Notes under the pieces: generated by a model
Told to the model about the DNA's origin: nothing
The model's input: the letters and a program-made list of their open reading frames with translations, nothing else
Database searches by the model: none
Translations under genes and position numbers: made by a program
In this document: one piece after another, positions 12,750 to 25,426 of the stretch
Position numbering within the stretch: the first letter of the stretch is position 1
How the letters are laid out: each line of letters opens with the position of its first letter
From: Felis catus
Lineage: Eukaryota
DNA: 64,000 nt
Assembly (NCBI RefSeq): GCF_018350175.1
Contig: NC_058377.1
Coordinates: forward strand, 14,570,001-14,634,000
Reading direction: 5' to 3'

Positions 12750-15700
12750 CTACCGCTGTGGGGCCAGGCCTGTCTCATAGCCCTCTGTCTTCATGTCATT
12801 GAGCCCTAGCTCCTCGTTTTGGTCAAATGTGCGCTTATAATGCTCCACCTTCATCTCAGGATCATCTTCAGGTGCATACACATTCTGCAAGGTCAAGGAC
12901 AGACAATCAGTGCCTGTGCCACCCGGCTATCTGCCCCCTCACCCCACCAGGTGGCTTCCAACTCCCGCCTTCCCAAAAACTTAATGAGTTTTTTTATTCT
13001 AAAGGCCTCCAATTCCCCATAGCTAGTCTCAACTAGCGAGCAGCAACAGAACCCAACAGAGTCCCAAGAATGGGACCCTCCAGCCCTAGACAGAATTAGG
13101 TAACAGTCTGTCTAAAAAACTTTCTATCTGCACCTTCTTATGAAGAGTATAGCAACAGTCTTAATCATAGAGAGACCTTAAACAGTTCTGCCTGACCAAC
13201 AAAAACTGCTCAATAAATGTTAAAGTTATTATAAATCACCAGAATATCTCTCCAGTCAGTTTAAAGCCTCTCCGGTGTCCTATTTCAGCCTCTGGACAAG
13301 GCACCATTTCTCCTCACTCCACAATTAGATTTGCAAAATGACAACTCCATTGCTAGGGACAAGAGCTAAACTAGAGAAAGAAGGAGCCTAGGAAGGAGCT
13401 TCCCCCCTCTTGACACACACTTATAGTCTCTCCTGCCTGCCCTCACTTCCTTAGGTCTCAAATTCTAAGAGGTCTCAAATTCTAATATATAAGAGGCTCC
13501 TTGATAAAGAGCAGTTCATTTAGAATCACGTCTCCAGCTTCTGGAGAAATAATACATATTCAAGGAAGGTCAGAAAATAGTTCTCTGTTAACTATCAGGG
13601 AAGGTCGACCGTACCTGCAAGTAGCTGTTTCCTGCTGGATCATTCATAATAAAGTGGGCCTTCACGTTACCCTCAAGGATCTAAACGAAAGAGAATACAG
13701 CACATAAATTTTACATCCCTCCTAGTAGGAAGGGGCTGGTCTACCAGACAAGAACCAACCCAATTTACGTGGCAGAATCCCCAAAAGTTTTAGAAACTGC
13801 TGAAATGAGGTACCTCTCAAAGTGGAGCAGAGAAGACCTAAAATAAAGGCTGTATGAAAGTTACTTAAGAAGCAATGTGACATCCTGGATCTCATCTCCC
13901 ATTCCACATAGGCCCCTTCTCCCTCCACTCCACCAGAAAACTGCAGGATTCACACTATGGCCTAGGGGGCGCCAGCCTAGTTGAAGGATGGAGGTCTGGA
14001 CAGGAAGCAAGACCGGGAGGTTAAGAATGTGTTGTTATTAGAAACAGACGTACACACCCAGCCCTATTCCCACACTCAGCTCTCAGAACACTGCCAGCCA
14101 AGTAGTCCTCCTCAGGCCAGGAAATGGAATACCCACTGATGGGGTGAGAAGCCCAAGAGGGAAAACCTCATGACACTGGCACTGGGGTTTTATAGCTCAA
14201 CAAAGGGCTAAGCTAACTCCCCCTACAAGGAGCCTGATGTGAGTGAGATTCACCTCCACGCTGGTGTTTCAGCCCTCTGCTTTTAAGTTGACAAGGACTA
14301 TCAGCTACCCGAGCAAAGCCCCAACCTTTGAAAGACAGAAAGTTAAATGGAAAAAAAAAAAAAAAAAAACTTAAAAGGAAATGGAAACTATGCAAGGAAA
14401 ATAAAACATCAAAAAAATACAAACCAACATCAACATTCTCATGAGAAAAAAAACACTACATCCTTAAAACAACAGGATGCTACTTGGAAAAGGGAGGAGG
14501 GAGAGTATTCCAAAACCCGAAAAAAAAAAAAAAAAACTCTTGGAAAAGTAGTATAAATGAAAAACATGAAAAACCCAACTGCAGCTACTAAAGCGCTCCA
14601 ACAAAACAAGGGAGAAAACCAAGAAAGAAGAGGACACGGCCTATCGGAAACCAGGAGAATCCCCAACAAGTTGGTTAGGTGTTTAGAAGGTGGCAGGACA
14701 GGGTATGTGGCCTCTTGCCCACTGGCACCCCAGGACCACACGCACCGAAGGGCCAGAATCAACTCACCTGGTCTAACTTCTGGCTGAACTCCCGCAGTTT
14801 CTCCATCCGGCCAGGGTTGGAACTGTCACCCAGTGTGAAGGGGTTCTTGGTCACCTGCAATAATCGGCATCCAAACTGCTAGAATACCAGGTTTGACCAT
14901 TGAGCTCGTGGGGAATGGCAGGACGGGGCCCAGTCGGGGAAGCCTAGGTGTCCACACCACCGTCCTGCCCTAGGCGGCCACTGCTAAGAATAGAGATTAA
15001 CCTGCCAAGATGACAACTGGCAATACGAAACACAAAGTATAAAATGTCCTGACGGCACAAACTCTCGTTCCAGTTTGAAAAAGAAATGCAAAGTATAATT
15101 TATAAAGACAAAATGCCTGACGACTGAGAATCAGGTAAGTGAAATGGCTCAAGAGAATAAATATATGGGCTAAATCAACACACATGCCTATACATGTTGG
15201 GGAGCTGCAGGTTCTGGAAGGACCCTCCTCCCCACATTTTACAGTGAAATGAGTGACTTACCCAAAACTACAAAATGCCTACAATGTTCCAGAGGTAAGC
15301 CTGAGAGTTTCCATTCAGAATTTCCCGTCAACTTATCTTCACAACCCAAACTAATATTTAAGTCTCTCAAAATCAGCTTTAAGGCAAAGAAACCCCCAGT
15401 TAAGAGCTCCAAAAACCAGGGCGTGTGAAGCCTTCTAGCCCCCTCCTCACAGCCACACTGCTGAAGCGGCCTTGCGCTATACTCAGGCAACTCACCAGTT
15501 CCCGGATGTCTTTCAGTAGCCCCTCCAGTGTGGTGAACTTGCCCCCAAGGACGGCCATTCCCAGTTCAAATTCCAGCTCTGGGATTTCCACACTACACGT
15601 CTCAGACTGGGAGATGAGAGTCAAATTAGGCTTGAGAACAGAAGCCTCTTAGAAAAAGCTAACCAGAGTCCTCCTGCCAAATTAATACTGCCAGTGACAG

Positions 15701-18700
15701 TCTGGGGAGAAACCTGCCCCGTTCTCTCCGACTCTCCAGTTAAAGCCAGGCTCATGCCTCTCCGTGTAAACCACAGAAATGGAACCACCCTAATAAAGCG
15801 ACATTCTGAGTCATGGCTCCAAGTTGCCAAGTATCCTGTCATTAAAGACCAGAGACAAGAGCCCTTACAGACACTGGAGGCATAAAGCTGCCAAGTCATC
15901 AGAGAGAGTTTATGGGTCACCTCTGAATCTGTACTGCCTAGCATGGATTAACTCTACTCAGGGATCCTGAAACCCAGGGAAGTTAGGTGGTACCACACGA
16001 TCCCAGGATGTAATTTTAAAAAGGCAATTTCCCCTAGATAGAGACAGCTATGCGAGGCAGACAGACACTTTTCCAAGCAGGATGTTACCTTGAGCACGTC
16101 TCTCGTCAAATCTGAGGGATGTGTGATGTGGAAGGTGATCCTGGTGCCCAAGGGTTCTACTGCACCTCCAGATTTCACCTGCACAGACAACAGTGGTCAG
16201 GAACAGCAGCAGAGAAGATGGGATCCTCCCCTAGGGCCTGGGAGACCTCAGAAGGTGGGCGGGGGGGGGGGGGGGGTTGACCTCCAATCAGGCCCACTAA
16301 CAGCTACCAAGGACACAGCCTTGTAAACTAGCAGGGGTGGCAGTCACCCAAACCGAAGCCACCAAGAGCTGGCCGGGAGCCTGCCAAAACTTACCCCAAA
16401 TTGCCACCAAACTCTGAATTTGCCTTTGAAAAAAAACTGACTCTTCAGGTTGAAAGGGACTTTCAACCGCATGTAACATGTGGATGCACCTTATAATGTT
16501 CTGGGTTCAGAATTTAAATAGCTTTAAAAACAGTAAGAATTTAACCAGCTTTCGCTTGGGTACACTCAGGGAAAGGTAATGTACAACGCTCCAAGGCAGC
16601 CAATTCTATTTTCAGAAAGAGCTAGAAAGTTTTTTATTATTGAGTCAAAATCTGTTTGCCTGCACTTCCAATCCTTTAAGAGGTGGATCAAAAAAAGGGT
16701 CTCTCAAAAAAAAAAAAAAAAAAAAAAAGAGCGAGCACACCTCTCTCTTCCATATAACCAACCTTTAATGTCTTTAATGAGTTATAGTCTAACTTTTTTT
16801 CTTAATTCCCAGTTCCTTCAAGGACTCCTCACCCTGCCTTAAATCCAAGAGAAAGACCCAGCTTCCTCCCACTTCATCCCAAAGCAGATTTAGGACAGAT
16901 CAAAGTTAAACAGGGGTTACCTCATTGGTCCGATGGCCACAGCTGTCACAATTGGTAGCCATGATGATAACCTCCTTAAAGTGGGGGATTTCTGGAAGAC
17001 GGGAGTTAAGGAAGTCTGCTTCCAGGATAGCAAGAGCACCTTCTGGGGAAGAACAAATCCAAACCTTCAACACAGTTGCGAGTCCTAGGACTGTAGGAAA
17101 TAGGTCACAAGCAGTAGCCTAACTCAGGCAGTTCTACAGAAGAAGGTAACGTTGCAACCCACGGCAATCCTTGTTCACAAATAATTGAAGATAGGACTCA
17201 GGTCAAACACAGGACCCTAAAACCATGGCCTCATTCTCTCTTTGAACCCAAAAGCCATGGTGCACAGTCTCATCAAAGGCAACACCTTCCTCATCGCTTG
17301 CAATAAAACACATGCTTTCCCTTTAGGGAGGACTCCTCCCCAGCCTGCATACGCTCTTCGTGCCCGAGTTACAGGAGGAGCAGCCCAACTGCCTGACAAA
17401 AGATACGAACTAGTTTCATGTTGGTCTGAGCCGGAGCATTGCATTCTGGACAGTTTGTGTTGAACTGCAGCACCTGGAAGACAACATGGGGACGGAGGGT
17501 GAGCCCAGCTCCGGCTAAAACCACACAGTAGGTGAACGAGCACGCAGTCGCCGCCCACGTTGGTGGTGAGGGACTGAGCAGCACCAGCCTCCGCCCACAG
17601 CCGTGCTCCCTCCTCCGCAGCAGCCCATGGCACTCACTTCGTTTCTGAGATCTTCCTCTTCTGGCTTCTCCTCTGGTGCCTCAGCCTAGCGCAGCAGAGA
17701 TACAAATCACACGCTGGCGCATACACCCCAGCTTCCCAACACCCTGCCTCGGAGTGAGAGAAAATATTCTGGCCTGTGTATGTCGGCTGGCCATATGCGT
17801 TTAACAGAGAAACCAGGAAGCAAAGCCCCAGTCCACGGAAGAACAGAGCTTAAGATAGGATCACAGTCACCAGCAACCTTTGTTGTACAGTTTATCCTAA
17901 GTCTTTTTAAAAAAAAATTTTTTTTTTTTTGCATTTATTTATTTTTGAGAGACAGAGAGAGATAAGAACACAAGTGGGGAAGGGCAAGGAGAGAGGGAGA
18001 CACAGAATCCAAAGCAGGCTCCAGGCTCTGAGCTGTCAGCACAGAGCCTGATGCAGGGCTCGAACTCATGAATTTGGAGATCATGACCTGAGCCGAAGTC
18101 GGACGCTTAACCGACTGAGCCACCCAGGCACCCCTAGTTTATCCTAAGTCTTGACATGAGCTAAGAGACGCACAGACATGCGGAGATAGGGTACGCAGGG
18201 CAGCAATGACAAAGGAAGATTCCACTGATTCCAAGCAATCCAGAGAGCAAGATAATGCCAGAGCATTCTACCGGTTTCTTCCGTCTACTTACCTGGAGCC
18301 CCAGCATCTCTTCCTGTTGTACAGTCCGGTTATAGTGTGTGATCACCAGGGCATGATCTTTCTGGGGAGCATGTGGGTTTTCCACAAAGCTGTTTCCTGA
18401 GGGATCATCAATGATCTGATGGAGGGAGTCATTACAACAAGAAATTACATATGCTCTTCCACCTACCATCAGACCTCTCCGGCACCAGTGGAAAAATCCC
18501 AGTCTTAAGGGTCTCTCGTCCCCTAAATCTAGGGAACCCAGAGTTCCTCAGTACTCACCAGAGTGAAAGGAGAGGCCACTCGCTTTAGCTCTTTCAGTCT
18601 GACAATGAACTCATCAATTCTTTCAGCTACGGCTTCTTCGTTTGCCTGACATGAACAGATGGTAAAAAGCATTGGCCCTGCTGATAGACCCCACTCCCTG

Positions 18701-20821
18701 TCAATCCCACACCACCTCCATCAGGAAGTCACCACCTGTCTTAGTATAAGTGGGAAAAGAGAGACTCAGACTTCACAAGAAGATACAGCATGTAAGTTTG
18801 GTTGTGCCAAACAAGATCCAATTTCTCACTCATTCAACCATGTATAGAGCCCAGGCACTCACGCCAGTTTGGAAATACAACAATAAATAAACCAGAGTCC
18901 TTTCATGGGGCTCCTCAGCCAGTTAGGAAGACACATGACTAAATATGCAATTATATTACTTCCTTTACAATAAATATAAGGTACGGTGGAACGCTCAGGA
19001 AGTAGAGATGAACCCAAGGGGATTAGGAAAGGCTCTTCAGAGGTAGTATCATCCTACCTGTCTGAGATGAGGTCTGAATCTACACTGGGAAAAGGGAAGT
19101 AGAAAAGATAGTAGATGCAAAACAGACAACATCCCGGCAGCTACAGCATCACCATGTGCTTCCCCCAAAAGTTCTCCAACATTTAATCAGAGACAGTTCA
19201 GCTACATGGGAAGCTGAACACTCTGTTTGGATACATAACTATACGTATACACACATAATATATACATATACACGTATATACATATATACATATATGTACG
19301 TACATACATATGTACATATATACATGTATATATGTATATATGTCGTTATTGCTTGAGTTGCTGCAATCAGAAAGCCCCAGCTTACCCTTCGTGTGGGCTG
19401 ATCCTGCTCCAAGCCAGAGATAGCACGGCTGATCAACCCTTCAACGGTGGTCAGGGCTAGTGAATAAGAAAAAAAGACAAGAGAGTCTTGACTATGCTAT
19501 CAAATGCCTGTATGACTCTGAGCAATTCGCTTGAACTCTCTGGGCTTTGATTTCAACTGTAAGATGAGGAGGCCTGGAACAAGGTTCTATTCCTTTGTAA
19601 CAACAGTGACGCTAACATTCTGTAATATGCACATTACAGTCTATCACACTCTACTGTCTCAAGCTGTTTTATCTTAGCTTTCGGTTTATGTTGAACCAAT
19701 GAAGACCACAGCAATACCACACCCAAACCCATATACTAGCCACCAGGCCCAGCACTAGGGTTCTTGCAAGAAAGCAAGATTGTAGCCAGGCATGAACAAT
19801 GAACAGCCCAACCACCCTGATCTTATACCTACCTCCCTTCTGAGTGAAGGCAGGAATTTCAAAATCCAGCTCCGGGATGCTTGTGGTGGCAGAGTCCGTT
19901 TTCACCACTTCTCTGTTCATGTCCTGGGCAGAAAAATTTTCAGTCCAGAGAGGTCAACAGTACAGCTTCTCGGGAAACACCCAGCAGTTTCTTCTCTGTC
20001 CATAGCAGGGGGTCCGGACGACTCCCACCAAATAGGCCATGCATGAGCCCAGCTGCCCAAATGCTGAGAGTACTATTCATAACAACTACTACTCATTTCA
20101 TTCCCTCTGACAAAATAAAATGACAAAGCACTTTCACAAGCCTTATCTGACCCGAACATCTGACAGCACCAACATCATTTTACAAAGGAGGAAACTCAGG
20201 CTTGGGCACCTAGAGGTATTCATTCGTGGCCGCGCCGCCTAGACCAGAGCTGTGACTCCAGTCCCCAAGCCCTCTCTTGGACACTAGGCTACCTGCTCTA
20301 GGCTCCTCTCACCTCCTGGGTCTTGACGGTCAAAGCGTAGCGCACTCCCTGATCCTGGATCCTGCCTGCGGAGTGGATCTCCGTGTTGTTCCAGCCACAG
20401 TGCTCACAGGAAAAGGAGCTCACGATTATTTCTCTGAAGAAGGGGACCTTGGTGAGCAGGAGGCGCGTCGTGCCCTAAGAAAGCAGAAAGCAGCTAGAAA
20501 GAACCAACGAAGCTCCAGTTCCCCGTCTACCGACCCGCGGGCGTGCCTCGCCTCCGGGTCTCCAACTGGGCCTACCTGGGTCGCCGACCCCACAGCCCTT
20601 CCCCGCTTCAGCTCAACCTCCCGCCGCCCGGGGCCGCGCCCCCGCCTCACGTTGCGGTAACAGTTCATGCACAGCGACTCGATCTCAGTGGGCTGCTGCT
20701 CCTCATCCTCGGCGCTGATGGGCCGGAACAAGTGCTCGGGGGCTGGAGCCTGGGCCGGAGCGGGTGAGGGGGCTGCAGTAGCCGCCGCGGCCCCAGGCTC
20801 CACAGCCCCGCTAGCCGCCAT
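12750..20821 (-). CDS. ZPR1: Zinc finger protein ZPR1 (ZNF259), complete, 14 exons, 459 aa
   Basis: join(20651-20821, 20313-20474, 19833-19923, 19386-19456, 18559-18645, 18293-18415, 17638-17685, 17407-17473, 16921-16991, 16089-16178, 15496-15606, 14768-14854, 13615-13680, 12750-12884) = 1380 nt. Contains two C4 zinc fingers (CMNC/CEHC and CPEC/CDSC) and DDPSGNS / NDPAGNS motifs; ends ...GLAPQR-TAG. Confidence 0.97.
16992..17406 (-). other. U12-type (minor spliceosome) GT-AG intron 8 of ZPR1
   Basis: 5' splice site GTATCTTT (17399-17406) and branch site TTCCTTAAC (17005-17013), 11 nt upstream of the AG. Confidence 0.9.
17905..18133 (-). mobile_element. Can-SINE in ZPR1 intron 6
   Basis: Reverse SINE body with TSD AGTTTATCCTAAGTCT on both sides. 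Confidence 0.9.
19240..19342. repeat. Imperfect (TA/CA/TG)n microsatellite in ZPR1 intron 4
   Basis: TATACATATACACGTATATACATATATACATATATGTACG... Confidence 0.9.
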
Positions 20822-20950
20822 CGCCACCACGCGCAGCTCACGCCCCCACTTCCGCCTTCCGCTCTTTTCGTGGCCCCACCCCCTTCCGTCACTTCCGCTA
20901 GCTGTCGCCCAGTCTTTTCTTAAAGAGGCCGCAGATTTGGGACCCTAGGG
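20400..20950. promoter_or_regulatory. CpG island / ZPR1 promoter with multiple ETS motifs
   Basis: CpG-rich, with repeated (A)CTTCCG motifs at ~20849-20898 just upstream of the ATG. Confidence 0.85.
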
Positions 20951-21798
20951 AACGGTGTCTGGCAAGATTTCTCACTGCTGGGATTCTATGGTCCAGACTT
21001 CCAAAGCCAGCCGGATTCAGGCTTTGCCTCCACCACAGTTCAGGCGTTGCTTCCCGGCAGGACGTCCTCTCAGACCCAGGGCACTGTTTGGCTCCTTCGC
21101 AATAGCTCCATCCTACAGGGTTCTAATTATTGTCCGTAAATACAAGAGCCTTGATGGCAAGAGGCTTGGCTTGTCCCTCCCTACCCACAAGGAGGTGCGG
21201 TCCAACCTGGGCTCTGGCTCCACTCCATTGTTGGGCCAGACATTTGCTTTGGCTATAGATCCCCCTCCCTCAGTCCCTCAATCCCTCTCTCCCTTTCTGT
21301 TCTCACTCCCTATTTCTGTCCTTATAAACACCTGCCCAAATTCCAACCTCAAATACACAGCCCTCATTTTTACTCCCGCCCCCTCATCCCCAACACATCA
21401 AACCCCGGCTGACTCACCCCTCCTAGTTTCCTAATTAACAACAAAAACAACTCTTTTTTTGGTAAACTTTCCTTTCTGGTATCTCCTCTCCCTGGGCACC
21501 TCTCCTCCAGTTCTGTTGCTAAATCTAGGGTGTCAGGGAAGAGGTCCAGCCTGTGGGTATGATTAGGCCAAATTCATATGGGGTACTGAGAACCCTGTGC
21601 CAGGCAGGCTGCATGGGGAGGAAAAGGTGTTGGACAGGACATTCCCAAAGGTGCCAGACGGGGTGTATTTACCTTTTCCTCTTCCCCCCACTTCACCCAT
21701 CCCCAATTTCAAGTTCCCAGAAGGATCTACGAGGACATTTGTTCTCCCTGAGTGAATGTGTACATGGGGAATGGGGGCTTAAGATTTGGAAGTCCCGC

Positions 21799-22024
21799 GG
21801 GGCGCCTGGGTGGCGCAGTCGGTTAAGCGTCCGACTTCAGCCAGGTCACGATCTCGCGCTCCGTGAGTTCGAACCCCGCGTCGGGCTCTGGGCTGATGGC
21901 TCGGAGCCTGGAGCCTGTTTCCGATTCTGTGTCTCCCTCTCTCTCTGCCCCTCCCCCGTTCATGCTCTGTCTCTCTCTGTCCCAAAAATAAATAAACGTT
22001 GAAAAAAAAATTAAAAAAAAAAAA
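21799..22024 (+). mobile_element. Young SINEC_Fc-type SINE between APOA5 and ZPR1
   Basis: GGGGCGCCTGGGTGGCGCAGTCGGTTAAGCGTCCG head; perfect 16-bp TSD AAGATTTGGAAGTCCC at 21781-21796 and 22025-22040. Confidence 0.95.
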
Positions 22025-23146
22025 AAGATTTGGAAGTCCCAAGAAAAGGGTCCATCATAAAAAAGCCATTCAAAATCTCGAACAGCAGAAGCAAGGGAGA
22101 CAGGCCACCTCAGGAGCCTGAAATTCATGCACACTATCCTGTGATAAGGTTGGCGAACAATGCAGGTGCAGAGGAAGGGTCTGTAACCCAGGCCGACACC
22201 CAGGCATGACAGACAGCAGTCATCTAAGGCAGGCCTAGCCAAAGCCAGAACCCTCTGACAGACCTGGACTGGGAGGGGGTCCATGAGACAGAGCACTGAG
22301 GGACTTGAATGAGTGATGGGTGCGAGGCCACTGCTTTCAGACACAGCCCAAATAAGAGTCACACCAGACAAATATGCATCCACCATACACCTCTATTTCA
22401 TTTGAATCAGAAGTCTAGGCTTCAGCCAGGGAGTCAGAAGTGAGGGGCCTCAGATGGAGACGACACAGAGTAGGCTTCCCTGTGGGTTAAAGAAGCCCAC
22501 AGAGTCTGGAGGGTTTGGTCAGCTGTTTCCATGTAGAGCTATATAAGGAAATACAGGCTCTGCTCCCTCTCATCACAGCCCCCAGCAGCTGTACCCACCG
22601 GCATCAGAGCCAGCAGGGGTATAGACACACCTTCATATGCTCTTACATATTTTCCTCCCTTTTCCCTTTCCATTCCCCAACAGAAGCTGTCATGGCAGCC
22701 CTGGCGAGAAAAGAGCTCCTCTCTGTAGACCAGCTGTAGCAGCGGCCACCAGGAGGCCAGAAGTGATGGGAGTCAAGTCCCAGGAAGAAGAGGCACAGGC
22801 TTCCGGCACCATGGCAACAGGCTTGCACAAAATTACCTGCACACAGAATGCCTCTCTCCCTCCCCACTCCCACCATACTGGAATGGAGCAACTTAGGAGG
22901 ATTCCCAAATGAACACGGGAAGCTGGGTTTGCAAAGCCTGGTGAGTATAATGCATCCGGATGGGGGAATCGCCAAGAGGCTGAATATTCCAGGAACAACA
23001 GTCCCTTTGGTGGCCACGCCTATCCTGTGCAGGGCCCTCCACCCTCTGCCCAACAGGCCACTGTCAAGGACTGAGCCACACCTGGTGGGGGCTCAGATCC
23101 TGAGCTCCGAGAAGAAGCCTGGAAGTGGGCCTGGACAAGTAGACAA

Positions 23147-24896
23147 TCAGGGCTCCTCTTGATGGCCGAGACCATGGTCGTGAAGGCTGTAGTTGATGTC
23201 TTCCCACAGGTCTTCGAGACGGGCCTGCAGCTTGCTCAGGGCCTTGCCACTGTCCGCTTGGAGAAACTCTGGGGCGAAGGCACTGTGACCTGGAGGGGGC
23301 GGCGCCAGCTGCAGCTGGACCTCCTCGGTCTCTCGGTCAATGGCACGGGTGAAGTCGGCGATCTGCAGGAAGGTGTCGTGGCGGAAGGCCTGGAGTCGCT
23401 GACGCACCTCCTGGGACAACACCTGGGGGTCCCGGCTGGTCCCTTCAACCGCACCATCAGCGCGGGCGCCGGCAAAGGCGCTGAGCTCTTCCCGCAGCTG
23501 GTCCAGGTTCTGCTGGACGCGCGCGTGCAGCGCCTTGGCCTTGAGCGTGAGTTTGCGCGAGAGCGTCTGCACGCAGCGGCTGAGGCGCGCGGGACTGGCG
23601 ACGGCGTGCGGGGCCACGCTGCGGTGCAGCTCCTGCACGTGGCGCCCGATGCCGCTCACCAGGCGCTGGGCGTAGGGGTCGAAGAGCGCCTGGACGCGGC
23701 CCGTGTGGTGCGCCACGAGGTTCTGCAGCTCCCGCAGCAGGCCCCGCGCCTCGTCCACGCCGCCCAGCAGCTGGGCCTTGGTGCCCTCTCCGACCACGCG
23801 CAACTGTTCCTGCAGCTCCTGTACGCGCAGCGCCACCTGCTCCATCAGCTCCGCGGTGTAGGGCTTCAGCTGCCGCCGCAAGCCCTCCAGGTTCCAGCCC
23901 ACTTGCTCGTGTGCCTCTGCCATGTAGGGCTCCAGGCGCGCCCTCACCTCCACCAGCTCCTCCTGCAGCTGCCGCCGCATGTCCGCCGGGTCCTGGGGGA
24001 GCGCAGGAGGCTCCCTCGCCTGCCCACTGAGAGGGCCCAGCTTTTCCAGGAACTTGTCTATATTGCTGAGGTCTTGCTCAAGGCTGTCTTTCAGGCTCCT
24101 GGGGAAGGGGACAGACACGCAAGTCGTCAGACTTCTAGCCCCATCATCGCTTTTGCTGCGGACACATCACTCACTGATCATCTGCGGAAACCGAGGATGC
24201 AGGGCGGTGGCTCTAGTCCTACCTGCGGGCCAACCACACAACCCCTCGCACGGAAGTACGAACACACACGGCACGTGCACATCCAGACCAAAACTGAGCC
24301 CGGAAACACAGAGGCACCCGGACTCTCGCGTATTCCTTTCATTCTGGGAACACGGCGGGGGGGGGGGGGGCGCTCTTTGCAGCTCCCGGGTCCCACCCCT
24401 CAGCGGACAGGGGCAGCAGCCATCAGTGAGAGCAAGGCCGACGTGGGGGCGCTGCTGCTGGCAGAGGGGGCTGCACAACCCAGGAAGTCTGGACGGGATA
24501 AAACTAGCACAATTCGGTTCCTCTGTGCCAGTGAGGACTAAGGAGGTTGAGGAATCAGAGGCGGCACACCACAGCTCAGCTGTCTCCTCCCTGCACCCAC
24601 ACCCCTTGTCCTAGCCACTCACGTGGGTTCCCATGCCAGCTTCTGCCGCTGGACCTGCTCGGCCTTGCCTTTGTCCCCGCTGCTCTGGCTGAAGTAGTCC
24701 CAGAAGCCTTTCTGTGTCTGGGCACTTGCAAGCGCTGTGGACAGGGATGTGGTAGTTAGGGGCTGTGTTTCCTTCCCCAGGGTGGATGGGGGACCATCAG
24801 TCCAGCCTCCACCCACCGCTCCGCGTCGAAGTCGGGCCGAGACCCACCTGGGAGCAGAGCCAAAGCCCAGGTCACAAGTGCAGTCATGCTGGCCAT
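23147..24896 (-). CDS. APOA5: Apolipoprotein A-V, 370 aa
   Basis: join(24848-24896, 24623-24734, 23147-24098) = 1113 nt. Signal peptide [22 protein letters not shown], then KGFWDYFSQ, a single Cys (RLSRCVQ), the basic patch [13 protein letters not shown] and tetraproline [10 protein letters not shown]. Confidence 0.97.
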
Positions 24897-25426
24897 TATC
24901 TACTCAGAAGGAGGATGAAAGGAGGCCTGGTTAGGGTGAAGAAGCCAAGGAAGGGACATCTCCCAGATTTGCACCAGGGGACCCGGCTCCAGGGGCAACC
25001 TGCCCCATCTGTTAACCCTTCCCTGGGGTGTGTGGAGCACAAGGCTGTTGGGGCTGACGAGGGCTGATCTAGGTGAGCATGGCTGGGAGAGGAAAGGGGG
25101 GTTCGGGGAGGAGGACTTCTTTATCACCTGGGCCACACAGCATGGAGTGTGGAGCTCTAACTGCTTTGTAAAGCCCCACCCCCACCCCCCAAGCCCCCAG
25201 GAGCAGCCACTTCTGCCACCGCCCACCCCCTTGCTCACCCACCTTCCTGCCTCCCACCGTATGGTACACCTTATGGAGTACCCCACAGGGGAAGAAGCAA
25301 TCCTGCCAGAGTGCTCCGAGAGGATGCCCTTGGTCCTTACTTTCTGCCCCCAGCTCTCTGCTGAGACCCCTGCAGTCCCCTCCCTTGGGACTCTGACCCA
25401 CATCCCTCCACCCAGCCTCTGCTCAC

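Noticed and set aside
23159-24541. 460-aa plus-strand ORF antisense to APOA5
   Set aside because: Expected from the high GC3 codon bias of the APOA5 last exon. It has no recognisable domain or promoter support. The same applies to the antisense ORFs over APOA4 and APOA1.
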